Shown here: piece by piece, positions 11,453 to 24,286 of the stretch
Numbering within the stretch: the first letter of the stretch is position 1
Layout of the letters: each line of letters begins with the position of its first letter
Source of the DNA: Cyanophora paradoxa CCMP329
Taxonomy: Eukaryota > Plantae > Glaucophyta
Assembly (NCBI GenBank): GCA_004431415.1
Contig: QPMI01000558.1
Coordinates: 13,922 to 77,921 of the forward strand
DNA length: 64,000 bases
Direction of reading: 5' to 3'
Notes under the pieces: model-generated
The model's database searches: none
Seen by the model: only the letters and a program-made list of their open reading frames with translations
Told to the model about the DNA's origin: nothing
Program-made: the position numbers and the translations under genes

Positions 11453-14400
11453 TCAGTTCTTGCGGGGGGAGAGGGGGGAGGCGACGCGGGGCGGGGAGAA
11501 GCGGAGGGTGACGGCGCCGGCGGGGGAGCGGTGGAGGTAGGAGAGGTTCTGCTGGGCCTCGGCGTAGCCCGGCTGGAGCTGGACGGCCTTCTCCAGCGCG
11601 GCGTAGGCCTTGGCGAGCTCCTTGAGGTTGAAGTAGGCGACGCCGAGCAGGTTGTGCGCCTCGGCGCGCCCCGGCTCCAGCGCGACCGCCCGCTCCAGCG
11701 ACGCAGCGGCCTCGGCGTTCTTCCCCGCGTGCAGGTAGAGGGTGCCCAGCGTGAAGTGCGCGTTGGGGTGGGCGGGGCTGAGGGCGAGGCAGGCCTCGAC
11801 CTGGCGGATGGCCTCGGCGACGTGCGCCCCGCCGTCCGCCTGGGCGAGCATCTCCCCGAAGGCGAGCCGCAGCGCCGCGCTCTTCGGGATGCGCTGCACG
11901 GCGCCCCGCAGCTGCTCGACGGCGGCCGGGGTGCGCCCCGCGGCGCGAAGGACGCGGGAGAAGGCGACGTGGACGTCCACGTCGGTCTCGTTGAGGGCGA
12001 CGGCGCGGGGGAAGAGGCGCAGCGCGTCGCCCGTGCGGTTCGCGCGGTGGAGGGCGACGGCGAGGTTGTGCGTCGCCACGAAGTTGGACGGCTCCGCCTC
12101 CACCGCCCGCTCCAGCAGCGCCACGGCGCGCGTCAGGTTCCCCACCCCGAACTCGAGCGAGGCGAGCAGCAGCGCCGCGTCCGCCGCCCCCGGGGCCGCC
12201 GCGACGGCGCGCTCCAGGGCGTCGCGGGCGTCGGCGAGGCGGCCCTCGGCGGCGGCGAGGGCGCCCAGCTCGGCGAGCGCGGGGGCGTGCGTCGCGTCCA
12301 GCTGCAGCGCCTGCTCGAAGTAGTAGCGCGCCGACTCCAGCGCGCTCGCCGCCACCGCCGCCTCGGCCTGGGAGCGGGCTGCGTCGCCCTGGGCGGCGGC
12401 GGCCTGGGCGGCGGCGGCGGCGGCGTCGCGGCGCTTGCGGAAGAGGATGCCGAGGCGGGCGTAGCCCTCGGGGGCGTGCGGGGCGGCGTGGACGGCGTCG
12501 TCGAGGGCGTCGCGCGCGTCGTCGAAGCGGCCCATCGCCTCGTGCAGCGACGCGAGGTTCAGCAGCGTGTCGCGCCCCCGCGGGCTCAGCCCCAGCGCCA
12601 CCTGCACGAAGAAGAGTGAGACGGAGGGCGCGATTAGAAGCGAGAGATCCATGCCGTCCATGAGCCGTCCCGGGCCGTCCCCTCCTCACCTGGTAGAACT
12701 CGAGCGCCTCGCCGTGCCGCCCCGCCAGCTGCGACGCCATCCCCATGTTGTTGTACCCCGCCGCGTCCGACCCGCTGCGCGCGGCGGCGGCGTCAGGGCG
12801 GGCGCAAGGAGGGGGGGGGGGGGGGGGGGGGGGGGGAGCGGACTTCAAAGCGATGGCGCGCTTGAAGAGGGAGACGGCGTCGGCGGCGCGGCCGAGCTGC
12901 TGGTAGAGGAGCCCCGCCGCGTTGAGCAGCTCCGCGCGCGGCCCCACCGCCGCCATCACCGCCTCGTACGCCCGCGCCGCCCGCTCGAGGGAGCCGTTGG
13001 CGCGCAGCAGCGCCGCGTGCGTCAGCAGCTCCGTCGCGTTCCCCGCCTCCGGGTGCCCCGCCCGCTCGTAGTGCAGGAGCGCCCCGTGCGCGTCCCCCCG
13101 CTGCGAGCGGGGTGAGGAACGGAGGGAGGGGGGAGGGGGGGAGGGAGGGCGCACGGCGGCGGCGGCGGTGGCGAGGCGCTCGTGCGCGCGGGCGATCGCG
13201 ACGGCGGCGGAGGCCGGGGCCGAGGCGGCAGCCGGGGCGGCGGCCCCCGCGGGGAGGTCGGGGCGGGGCCCGGGGCGGCGACGGCGCGCTGGTAGCACTC
13301 GAGGGCCTCGTCGGTGCGGTTGCGCGCCTCGAGCGCCTCGGCGAGCTGCAGCCACGCGGCGCCGTCCTCGGGGCGGGCCCGGGCGAGCGCCGCCGCGGCG
13401 TCGAGGGCGGCCTCGGGCTCGCCGAGGGCGGCGTGGAGCTCGGCGCGCAGCTGCCAGGCCTCCGCGAGGCCGCCGTCCACCGCCACCGCCGCCGCCGCCA
13501 GCTGCAGCGCCTCCCGCGCGCTGCTCACCCCGCCCCCGCGCCCGCGCTCGCCGCCGCCGCCGCCTCCCCGGCCGCCAGCCGCGCCAGCCGGTACAGCGCC
13601 CCGGCGTGCGCCCCCGCCCCGGGGCTCCCCGCCGCCGCCGCCGCCTCCGTCAGCGCCGCCGCCGCCGCCGCGGGGGCCGTCCCCGGCGGGCCGCCCGACG
13701 GGGCGGGGCGGAGGCGGCGGCGAGGGCGGCGGCGGCGCGGGAGGCAGCGTCGACGGCGGCGCGGTAGAGGGCGCGGGCCTCGGCGACGGCCTCGGCGCCC
13801 CCGGCGGCCTCCGCGAGCATGCCGAGGGCGAGGAGCGGGGCCGGGTCCGCCGCGTCGAGCTGCGCCGCCATCCGCAGGCACCAGCGCGCCAGCTCGCGCT
13901 GCTGCGCCTCCGCCGCCCCCGCGAGGATGGCCCCCATGCGGAGGAAGGCGGCGGGGATGCGGGGCTCGGCGCGGATGGCCGCCCGGTAGAGCTCGGCCGC
14001 CTCGCCGGGCCGCCCGCGGGCCTCCTCGAGGCGGCCGGCGTAGTAGGCGGCCCAGGCGGCGCCGGGCGTCTCGCGCAGGGCCGCCTGCAGCTCCTCGAGG
14101 GCCGCGGCCGCCTCGCGCGGGCCGAGGGAGCCGAGGAGGGCCCCGTCGTCCCGCCCCTCGGGCTCCTCCTGCCCCCGCCCCAGCGCCGCCGCCAGCAGGC
14201 CCCGGGCCGGCCCCCGCGCCAGCGGCCGCACGCGGAGGGCGTGGCGGTAGAGCCGCCGCGCGTCGTGCGCGTCCCCGCGCTGGAGCGAGGCGTGCGCGAG
14301 GGCCGCCCACGCCTCCGCGCTCCCCTCGTCCAGCTGCGTCGCCACCCGGTACGAGCTCGCCGCCTCCTCCGCCGCAGCTGGCGCGCGTGCAGCGCGCCCA

Positions 14401-17400
14401 GCGTCACGTGGCCGGCGGCGAAGCGGGGCCGGGCCCGCAGGAGATCGCCGAGGAGGCGCAGGGCGGCGGCGTCGTCCCCGCGGTCAAGCATCGCCCGCGC
14501 GGCGGCGTTGGCGAGCTCGGGGCGCTCGGGGCGCAGGGAGGCGGCGCGGTGGAGGTGGAAGACGGCGGCGGGGGCGGAGGCGTTGAGGCGCCCGTAGGCG
14601 GCGCCCAGGGCGGCGTGCGCCTCGGGGCTCTCGGGCTCGGCGGCGAGCCACTGGCGCGCGTAGATGGCCGCGCTGCGCTCGTCCCCGACGGAGGCGAGGA
14701 GGGCGACGAGGCGGGCGAGCACGGGGCCCCGCCCCGGGGCGAGCCGCGCGCTCTCGCGGTAGTGCTCGAGGGCGGCGGCGAGGGCCTCCGGGGCGCCCTC
14801 GGCGGCCCACTCGCCGGCGGGGCCCTGGCGCCCCGCGGCCTGCGCCTCGTGGAGCTCGGCGACGGCGGCGTGGGCGTCGGCGTCCCCGGGGCTCGTGCGC
14901 AGGACCTCGCCGTAGAGCTTCAGGGCGGCCTCAGGGGAGCCCTCCTCCTGGGCCGCCGCCGCCAGCGCCCCCTGCGCCTGCACACCCGCGCCCGCCGCGT
15001 CAGAGGCGGCGGGGGGCGGAACAAGGAGAGGGGGCGGGGCGGACGGAGCGGAGGGCGGCGGCGACGTGGGGGTCGTCGGGGTGGAGGGCGAGGGCGCGGG
15101 CGAGGGCGGAGACGGCGTCGCCCCAGAGCCCGGCCCGCGAGGCGGCGTGCCCCAGCTGCACGAGGGCCTCCCGGTCCCGCGGCCGCCAGTCCAGCACCCG
15201 CCGGTACGCCGCCACCGCCTCCGGGAACGCCCGCGCCTGCCGCAACCGCTTCAATGCATCTGCTTTGAGCGGGGCGGGCGGGCGGGGAGCGGACGTCGTA
15301 GGCGAGGCGGGCGAGGGCGGCGTGCGCTTCGGCGAGGCTCGGCTCCGTCGCCGCCGCCGCCGCGAAGAGCTCCTTCGCCTCCCCGACCCTGAGGGACGCC
15401 GCCCCGTGAGCGAGCCGAGTCTGGGCTGGCTCCCGAAGCGCTGCGTGCGCGCACCGGCCGGAGCGCTCGAGGAGCTCGCCGAGGTGGAGGTAGCCGCGCG
15501 GGGTGAGGGCCCCCTGCCCCCGCCCCGCCGCCGTCTGGTACGAGGCGAGGGCGGCCTGCAGGGCCCCGCGCCGCAGCTCGACGCGCCCCAGCAGCTCGTG
15601 CCCCACGCTCCACTGCGCCGCCGCGTGAGCGCGGAAGGCAAGGGCGCGGGGGGGAGAAGCGGGGACCTCGGGGGAGGCGGAGACCACGGCGCGGGCGAGG
15701 CGGGCGGCCTCGTCGAGGTTGCCCCCCCGCTCGTGCACGGCCAGCAGCGCGTAGTACGCCTCCGCCGCCCGCGGCGTGCCCCCCGCGATCGCCGCCCGCA
15801 GCTGCAGCGCGGCGCGGGGCAGGTCCCCCGCCGCGAGGTACACCTGCCCGAGCTCCTGCTGGACCTCCGCCGCCTCGGGGCCGGCCGCGGCCCCGGCGCC
15901 CGCCGCCGGCTCGGGGAGCAGCGGGGCGAGGGCGTGGAGGGCCTCCTGGAGGGCCTCTCCGTGCCGAAGCGGGCGAGGAGGCCGGCGAGGGCCACCGCCG
16001 CCCGCCGCTCCAGCGCCGCCCCGCAGCTCCCCGCCAGCGCCCGGCACCGGCCCAGCGCCGAGCGGTACGCCCCCGCCGCCTCCTCGACGCGGCCGGCCTG
16101 GGCGGCGAGGGCGCGCCCGAGGGCGAGCTCGGCGGCGGCGGCGGCGGCCGGGGTGGCGGCGGCGGCGAGGGCGGCGCGCTGGTGCCGCTCGGCCTCGGGG
16201 CCTCCCCGCGTCCAGCGCGAGCTCGCCCAGGAACGAGTGCGCCTCGACGAGGCCCGGGGCCGCCTGCAGCGCCGCGTGGCAGTGCGCCGCCGCCTGCGGG
16301 CGGCTCTTCTGCGTCGCGTAGACGAGCCGCGCCAGGTCCAGGTGCGCCTGCGCCAGCGCCGGGTCCAGCCGCAGCGCCTCCTGCAGGTGCGCCGCCGCCG
16401 TCTCCGCCTGCCCCGCCGCCGCGGCGGCAACACCCATGCCGCGGTGGGCGGGGCGTGCGAGGGCGCCTCCCGCCCGTCCTTGGCGAGCGCCGAGTACGCC
16501 TCGTACGCCTCCTGCGGCCGCCCGGCGAGCAGCAGCGCCTCCCGAGCGCGAGCCGGCACGCCGCCGGCGCCGCGCGCGCCTCGAGGGCCCGGCGCAGGCG
16601 CCCGACGGCGAGGTCGAGCTCGCCGGTGGCGGCGAGGATCTTGGCGACCTCGCAGGCGGGGCCGGCCTCGGGCCCCTGCAGCTGGGCCGCCGCGAGCGCA
16701 TGCTCCCGCGCCCGCGCCAGGTCGCCCCGCTCCGCGAAGATCTGCGCCAGCTCGAACTGGCCCTGCCCCGCACGTCACGCCCCGCCGCCCCGCCCCGCCC
16801 GCGCCCCGCGCCCCGCCCCGCGTGCCTGAAAGTCTGCCGGCTCGATCTTGAGGGCGACGGCGAGGTGCTCGACGGCCTCCTCCTTGCGCCCGAGGCGCAT
16901 GAGCATGTAGGCGAGGCCGCGCCGGGCCCGCGGCTCGGTCGCGTTCAGCGCCACCGCCCTCGAGAAGTGCTCCGCCGACTCGTTCGTCCTCCCCTGCGCG
17001 CGCCCCGTCAGTGCGAGCCAGCGCGGGGCGGCCCGTCGGGGCGGGAGGGCGGGCCTGCAGGGCGGCCACGCGGCCGAGGCCGAAGTGCGCCTCGGTCGAC
17101 GCCGGGGAAGACGTGAGTGCCGCGTGGAACGCCGCCTCGGCCTCATCCAGCCGGTTCAGATCGATGTAGGCGTGCCCGAGCGCGCACGACTGCGCGGCAG
17201 AAATGAGGAGCGCGACGGGGGCGGCAGGAGGGACGGGCCGCGCGCGAGCTAACGGTGCTGGAAAGCTGCGCACCATTTCGGATGTGGCGACGTTGCGGTG
17301 AACGGCGGTCTGCAAAGCGGCAGCGGCGTCCTCCGTCCTGCCCATCTTGTGGAGGGCAGCGGCGAGGCCCGTGAACGCGACGTCTGATCCCTGCGTGAGG

Positions 17401-17632
17401 ACGCATTCTCGGAAGCTTGCCACCGCCTCCTCAAGCCGACCCGCGGAGCTGATGTGGCGGGGACGGAAGCCGTGAGCACAGGCGGGGCGTCCAGGCCGGT
17501 GCGATCTCAGAGAAAAGCAAGAAATACTCACAGGAGCCCGCTTGCGGAGTGCACATCGCAGCCAGCCGATTGGACGCAGACGAGGGCGATTGCGAGCACC
17601 GCCAGCTGGCCCAGCCAGCGCGGAACTCTCAT
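11453..17632 (-). CDS. Very large TPR-repeat protein with N-terminal signal peptide
   Basis: ATG 17632 MRVPRWLGQLAVLAIALVCVQSAGC; many TPR units (AHFTLGTLYLHAGKNAEAAASLERAVALEPGRAEAHNLLGVAY; EAHFGLGRVAALQ; AHLDLARLVY); many NxS/T sequons. Internal exon structure only partly resolved. Confidence 0.85.
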
Positions 17633-18121
17633 GGCGCTGGCTATCTGATTCGTTTTCTTTGCATCCCAGCTGCCTCTTCTGCCTCAGGGCCTGGCTATCT
17701 TGTGCTGCTTCTCGGGCTGCGTACCCCTTCCAGCTGGACTTCAAAATGCGACAAGCCCGCCGCGATCAAATTCACTGCGGCACACTAACCGGTATAGCTA
17801 CTAGGCTATGCCTAGCAAACAGCACGCTGAGCACTAAATGGAAGCTTAAGAAATTTAGCCTCACCGAACTGCACATGTCACACTAGTACTGCACAAAGAA
17901 AAGTCTAGATCTGTCGCCAATTTCAACTGCACATGCACTGATAGCGAAGCTGAAGCTAAGCTAAACGTACAATAAACTAAACTGTCTCAACGAGATGCGT
18001 GTACGTCGGCCGAGGGACGGCGCGACGGATTGAAATGGGAAAGAACGAGCTCGAGCTCGAGTGTGCACTCGTATGAAGGATAATGAGCCGTGCTGGCGGC
18101 GCTCGCGCTCGTGCGCTTGAT

Positions 18122-19542
18122 TCAAACGTGCGCGAGAGCGGTGCCGCCAGAGGCGGGGCTCATGACGTGATGGCCCGACGACGTCGACGTCCGCGATCGC
18201 GAGGGCCCCGCGGCCGCGCCGGCCATCGCACCGGTACCCGCCCTCGAATTCGCGTCCGAGCGTCGTACGCTTGCGAGAAGCCTGCAGGAGGGGGGGTCAG
18301 GCGCCGCACTCGAGCTCCCTGGGGCCGGCAGCAGGCGATGGCGCCGCGGCGCACCAGGGGTAGACGTCGGAGCCGGCCGCGTAGGCTCGCTCGCCCGCGC
18401 TCGGCATCCCCAGCTCGCAGGAGCTGACTCGCACGTCCCCGAACCCCGCCCTGCACGGGCCCCCGGGGCGCGCGGGTCAGCAGCCGACAGATCTAGACAC
18501 GCGCGCGGCCGCGGCCGCGGGCACGCACGATTCCAGGGCGCGGCGCACAGCCTCCGCCTTCTGCGCCTTGTCCCGCTCGTTCGTGGCGACGATATACCTG
18601 GTTTCGGACGAGCGCGTGATCATGAGCCGTGGCAGGCTCCTAGGCCGCCGGAGCAGCGGAGCGGGCGCATGCACTGACCAGACGGGGCATTGCTCGGGGT
18701 GGGAGGAAGGGAGATTGCCGGGCTTCACCGCGAGGGCCATCGGCACGGCGTCCGAGACGGCGCAGACGGCCGCGAAGAAGTTGGGATGGCTTCGCGCGCG
18801 CCCGGCCGCGGGGTGAGGGACTTGAAAATTCAGGCGGCTGGCCGCGGGCCAGAGGGCACGCGCACTCGAGAGCGAGCTGGAGCGCATGTGCCGCCCCGGC
18901 TCCGACGCCCGTCACGTAGATGCGACTCTCGTCAACCTGCGGCGGGATCAAATTCTGCGAAAAAGACCGCGCGCCAGCAGCAGCGCGCGGGGCCGGTGCC
19001 GGGCCGGGGATCGAGCATGCGCACTGCGCGCGGCACCTTTTTGTCGCTCCCGGCTATGTCCCGCTGGAACGCTTGCAGGAAGGGGACCACGCCGCTGCAG
19101 TCATCCCGCGAGTACAGCTTGTACGAAGGCGTGAGCTGCAGGCGCGAGTTTGAATTCTCGACCAGCGCTAACTATAGCTGCAGGGCCGGCGCCCGGCGGG
19201 GTGGAGGGGGCGCGCGGGGGAGGCGCGGGCGCGGACCACGCAGAAAGGCCACGGATCAAAGGGCATGGCGGGGAGCTCGATGAACGAGGGGAGCGCCCGG
19301 GGTGCGAGGACGGCGATGTCCGGGAGCGCCGCGTCCTCTCGCGCGTCCTCCAGGAAGAGGAGGACGGGGTGCGGCCCGGGCCCCGTCGGCGTGAATACAA
19401 GGCTCGTGATGCCGGCGTACATTCCCTGCCGACAGGCTTGTCATTCAGGCGAGAGAGCGCGCACGCGAGCGCGTCAATTGCAACTGACGTGAAACTGACG
19501 AAATCCCGGGCGCAGCTCCAGCACCTCGATTTGCGGCGGCAT
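18122..19542 (-). CDS. Alpha/beta-hydrolase-fold protein (predicted peptidase/esterase-like), catalytically degenerate
   Basis: Spliced: PHPVLLFLED..WPFCV..VDESRIYVTGVGAGAAHALQLAL.HPNFFAAVCAVS..PVWSVH..AYAAGSDVYPWLL. The nucleophile elbow reads GVGAG instead of GxSxG. Confidence 0.72.
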
Positions 19543-20551
19543 CAATGCCAGCTGAAAGGCTGATCAAAGCATATGCGCATGCGTAGGACGTCCTAGCGAT
19601 CGGGGAAGAAGCAAGAAGCCGCGGCCGGCGAGTCGCACCGCGGCCGCAGCCGTGATTTGCAATGGCGAGGTACACGTTGCGCCGGCGAGGCTGGCAGAAA
19701 CAGGATTGAAAAGCTGATGGGAGCCGCTATCTGGCTCCCGACTCTCGAGTCCCGACTCCCGAGCACGCGCTCGCCACGAGCACGGAATTGCAATTGCAAC
19801 TGTGCAATTGCAACCTCGCAAGCTAGCGACTTTCCAGCACCGCAGCTGCGCGGATCAAGAAGGATGGACAAGCTAAGGCAGCTGCGCGTACGCGGCGCCG
19901 GCAAGGCTGCTGCCCGTGATGCAAGCCCTTAGCTTCACAGCACCCTCGCGGAAACCAAGATCAGATTGCGTACCCCTGTGGTACCAGGTACTGCTTGCAA
20001 ATGGCGCGACGTGCAGACCCCGCAGCTGCGCATGCGCATGCAGCCGGCGCAATACGCGCATTCGTATGTACATCATTGGCACATGCATATATACGCCCCT
20101 CACCGGATTCAGCGCGCCCGGATCCTCGCCGGCGGCCCTAGCCGACAGCAGCGCGCGTAATTACGTAACCGCCAGCCCGCGCCCGTCATCGCGAACGCCC
20201 GCGAGCCCGCGAGAGAGCGCGCGTCATCTAATGCATGCAGCTTTTCGCGCGCCAATGTCTGCGTCGCGCCTGCCCGGCTGCAGTGCCCTCGAAATCCGAG
20301 CGCGCGCCGGCCGCCACGCGGATGCGCCGATGTCTGCCACACCAGCCCCTTCACTCGCGGTCCGGGTGCCAGGTTGTGCCAGCTCGCCCCCACACCTTGG
20401 CACTCTTTTGACACAACCAAACTTCTGAAACCGCAGCTGCGCTCCAGTGGCAGCTCACTAGCACAGCCTGGCAGCCGCCCCAGTTTTTGAGCGATCAACC
20501 AGCCGAGACCGACGCGGAAGACGCAGGCCTCGGAGCGCGAGCGCGAGAGGG

Positions 20552-22964
20552 ATGGACACAGCGCGGCGGGCGGCGGCGGAGGTGGCGGACACCTTCCGCG
20601 CTGTCCTGGTTCGCCCCGCCTCCGCTCAGAACCCAAGGGGTGCCGACTTCGGCCCGGCGGCTGACGCCTGGCGCAGGAGAAGGGGATGAAGCGGGAGGGG
20701 GCGCCGCAAGGGGCGAGGCGGGCGCTGACGCTGGAGCACGCGCCGGCGGGGGCGCTGGAGCGGGCGGTGGAGGAGCTCTGCGGGGAGCTGGAGGAGCGGG
20801 AGGCGGAGCTGCGGACGGCGGCGCAGCTGGGCCAGGCCCTCCTCGCAAACTTCCACGCCCTCGCCGCCGAGAAGGAGCGCCTCGCCGCCGAGGCTCGCCC
20901 CCCTCGCCCCCGCCTCGCGGCCCGCTCTGAGGCGCCGCCGGCAGAGGCAGCGGGGGGCGGAGGAGGCCGACGGTCTCCGGCAGGCCCTCGACAGGATCAA
21001 AGGTGCGCGGCGGCCGCCGTCGCGGCGCGTGTTCCCCTTGCTCACGCGGGCGGGGGCGGGGGGCAGGGGAGAAGGCGGAGCTGCAGAGCCGGATGCACCT
21101 GCTGGAGTTCGCGAAGGAGAACGAGGCGGGGGCGTGGCGCTCGCGCTCCGAGAAGGCCGCCGCCGCCCTCCGCGAGGCCGACCTCGCCATCGCAAAGGCG
21201 CGGCCCCGCCCGCCCGCTCTGCCCGCTCGGCTGGCGCGGATCCCGCCGAGGCCCGGCCTCGCGCAGCTGACCGGCGAGCGGGAGGCGGCGGCTGCCGAGG
21301 CGGCTGCCCTCAAGCGCCAGGTCCGTGCGGCCCGCTCCGCCCGGCCGCGGCCCTGCGAAGCCTGGAAAGAGCCGTACCCGAACGCGCGCGCAGCTGCAGG
21401 CGCAGACGTGCGGGCGGGCGGCGCGGGAGGCCTACCGGCACCTTGCGGAGGACTTCGACGAGCTCCTCCAGTCCGCCCGCGCCGGCGCCGTTGGGCCCGC
21501 CCCCGACCCCGACGCCACCGCCCGCCTCGAGCGCGCCCTCGGTGCTCCGCCCCGCCCCGCCCCGCCCCGCCTTGCCCCGCGTTCCCGGCGCCGGGGCTGA
21601 GTAAGGTGCCGCCAGCGGAGGCGGAGGAGCTGCGCGGAGAGGTGGAGCGGGCGCGGGAGGAGCAGGAGGCGCTGCGGCGGGAGCTCGCGGGCGACAGCGG
21701 GCGGGCGCGCCTGCAGGCTCTCCTCGACCGCCGGGACGCGGAGGTAGGCCCCGCTCTCGGCCCGGCTCTGGGCCGGCTCGACGCCTGACGGGCGCCGGCA
21801 GGTCGAGCAGCTCCGGCGGCGGCTGCGCGAGCTCGAAGCGCCGGGGGCGAAGGCTGGGGCGGGGGCGGGGGCGGCCTCGCAGCAGGCCCTCGTCCCCCGC
21901 CTGCGCCTCGGGGAGCTCGCCCCTTCCAACTGCAAGGCAGCCCCGCCGCCCGTCAGCCCGGCCGGCCCGGCGGCGTGGGCCCTGGCGCCGGCGAGCGGCC
22001 GGGGCGGGGCCGGAGAGGCGAGCAGCGCCGAGTCGGGTGCGGGGGCGGCCGCGAGCACCGCCCGCACCCTCGAGACAGCCGCCTCCTCCCGCACCCCGTG
22101 CGACCCCCTGCCCCGCCCCCGCTCGCTTTGCTTTGCTGACTGTCGTGCAGGCGGGCGACGGGCGGGGCGACGGGGCGGCACGCGCGGCGGCCCGCACTCG
22201 GACCTGATTCGTTTCGGGTGCGTCCTTCGTTGGCCGCCCGGAGCCCTGAGCGCCCTTGCCCCGCCTGACTCGGTGCTCTCCCGCAGGCGCCCCTGCTGGA
22301 GGCCCCGGCTTTGGGGCTCGCCGGCGGGGCGGCGGGCCGCAGCCCGACGCGGGAGGAGCGGGCGTGGGGGGCGGCGGCGGGGGCGTGGCGGGAGGAGGAG
22401 GGCGCCGCGCGCCTCTCGAGCGGGAGCGCCGCCTCGAGCGAGGGCGAGGGGCCGGCCCCGCCGCCCCGCCCACCCCCCTCCCGCCTCTCCCGCGGTCCCT
22501 CGCGGCGCATCGCCCCTCGGGCAGCAGCCGCCGCGCCGGATCCGCCGCCTCGGCCGCCGGCGGGGCGCGGGCCGGCAGCAAGCGCCGCCTCGAGGCTGGC
22601 GGCTCGGGGCCCCGCCTGCGCCCGCGTTGCCGGCGGGGCGGCGGGGAAGCTGCTGGCGCCGGCGTGCGCGTGCGCGTGCGGGGAGGGCCCGGCCGGCCTG
22701 GAGGAGGCGGCGCGGGCCTGGGCCCCGCCCCCGCCACCCTCGCGGCCCGGCCCCGGGGCGCCCCGCGCTGCCCGACGACCCCTTCTGGATGACGGGCCTG
22801 GAGTTCCGGCCCCGCCGCGCGCCGCCCCCGGGCGCTCCGGCAGCGCCGGCGCCGCCTGCCTCGCCTTCGCCTGCACCGCCGCCGCCGCCGCCCTCGCCGC
22901 CGCCGCCTCCGCCTGCTTCCCCCAGGCGCAGCCCCGCAAGACCCGCCCCGGCCCCGCCGCCTGA
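20552..22964 (+). CDS. Coiled-coil protein with HAP1/BICD-like CC1 box; possible C-terminal membrane anchor
   Basis: ELEEREAELRTAAQLGQALL resembles the HAP1/TRAK/BICD AAxxG box, followed by long heptad exons. The last candidate exon has hydrophobic AGAACLAFACTAAAAALAAAASACF. 3' exons uncertain. Confidence 0.6.
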
Positions 22965-23029
22965 TCGCCATCTAGATAGCTTTAGCCTGTACTGAAACTG
23001 TAAGCAATGCACTGTACAGAGGCGGCGGG

Positions 23030-24286
23030 CTAGCCGGCGGTGGCGGGCCCCGGGGGCGGGAGGGTGACGGGCTGGGGCGCCTGCCGGGCGAGGAGGAGCT
23101 TGATCTGCCGCTGCAGCTCCGCCTGCACGTCCTTGTGCCGCACGTCCACCTCCTGCACGCCCGGGCCCCTCGGCGAGGGCGGCGCAGGGCGGGGTGGGGG
23201 GTTCAGAGGGCGCGCCTTCATCTCGCGGACGGCGGCCTCGTAGCTGCGCTCCAGCAGCACGCACTTCCCCTCCAGCTTCTCGATCTGCGTGCGGGGGTAC
23301 TGCTTGCTCGCTGCCCCCAAACGACCCCCCCCTCCCCTTCGTTCGCACCTCGTGGAAGGCGAACTCGAGCTGGGAGCGGGGTATGAGGCCGTCGCGCTCG
23401 CGGTCCATGCGGGCGATCTGCGCGCGGGCCTCCTCGAGCTGCCCGGCGAGCTCCTCGCCGCGCGCCTGCGCCTTGAAGATCTCGAGGCGCATGCGGATGG
23501 CGTTCTGCTCGCGCTGCTTGGGGCCCTTGTCCTTGTCGGGGTCCGACGTGAGCTTCTCCATGAAGGAGTGCAGCTGCTCGACTTCCTCCGCCTTCTTCTC
23601 CAGCGCGCCCTCCGACGCCTTCAGCCGCGCCTGCAGCTCCTCCACCTGCGCCCCGTGCCGCTGCCTCTGCTCCAGCATCTCCTTCCTGCACCCCGCCCCG
23701 CCCCGCGTCGGCCCCCGCGGCCGCAGCGCCCGTGGCCGGCGCCGGGCGCGCACTTGATGAGCTGTACGCTGTCCCGCAGTTTCGCCGCCTCGTCCACCGC
23801 CCCCGCCAGGCTCGCCTCCTGCCGTCGCCGCTCCTCGGCCCACGCCTCCCTGCACCCCGCACCCGCCCTCGGCGCTCGGCGGAGAGAGCTGCCTGCGCGC
23901 GCGCGCACCGCTCGTTCTCGAGGTCGCGGACGCGCTCGAACCAGGGGAGCTGCTCCTTGCCGCCCGTGTGGAAGTCCCTGTCGCTCGAGTAGACGCTCTC
24001 CCGCAGCACCGCCAGGCACTTCACGAACGCCGGCTTCAGGCTCTCTGGCAGCTGCTCCACCAGCTCGTCTGCCGCCGCCCCGTCAGAGGGGCGCCCGGCA
24101 AGGCTAGCCACGGAAAACCCGCTAGAGCGCAGCGATATGCAGCGGGGGCCGTGCGGAGCGTCTGGGGCGGTTTTATAAGACGCTCGGATGCTACTGTAAG
24201 CGTCACGCCTGCGTCCTGTGCCGCAGCACGGCGGCAGCTAAAGTTCTCGCAGAACGGTCGGCGCTCGGCGCACCGACCAGAGCCAT
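23030..24286 (-). CDS. Coiled-coil hypothetical protein
   Basis: High-GC3 exons (KEMLEQRQRHGAQVEELQARLKASEGALEKKAEEVEQLHSFMEKL; IEKLEGKCVLLERSYEAAVREMK) separated by typical introns; start uncertain. Confidence 0.65.

Noticed and set aside
12811-12836. Poly-G runs (also ~61165-61184) and (GGGGC)n tracts as dedicated G-quadruplex elements
   Set aside because: They fall in the C-rich 5' halves of ordinary introns, and homopolymer lengths are unreliable; covered under intron grammar.
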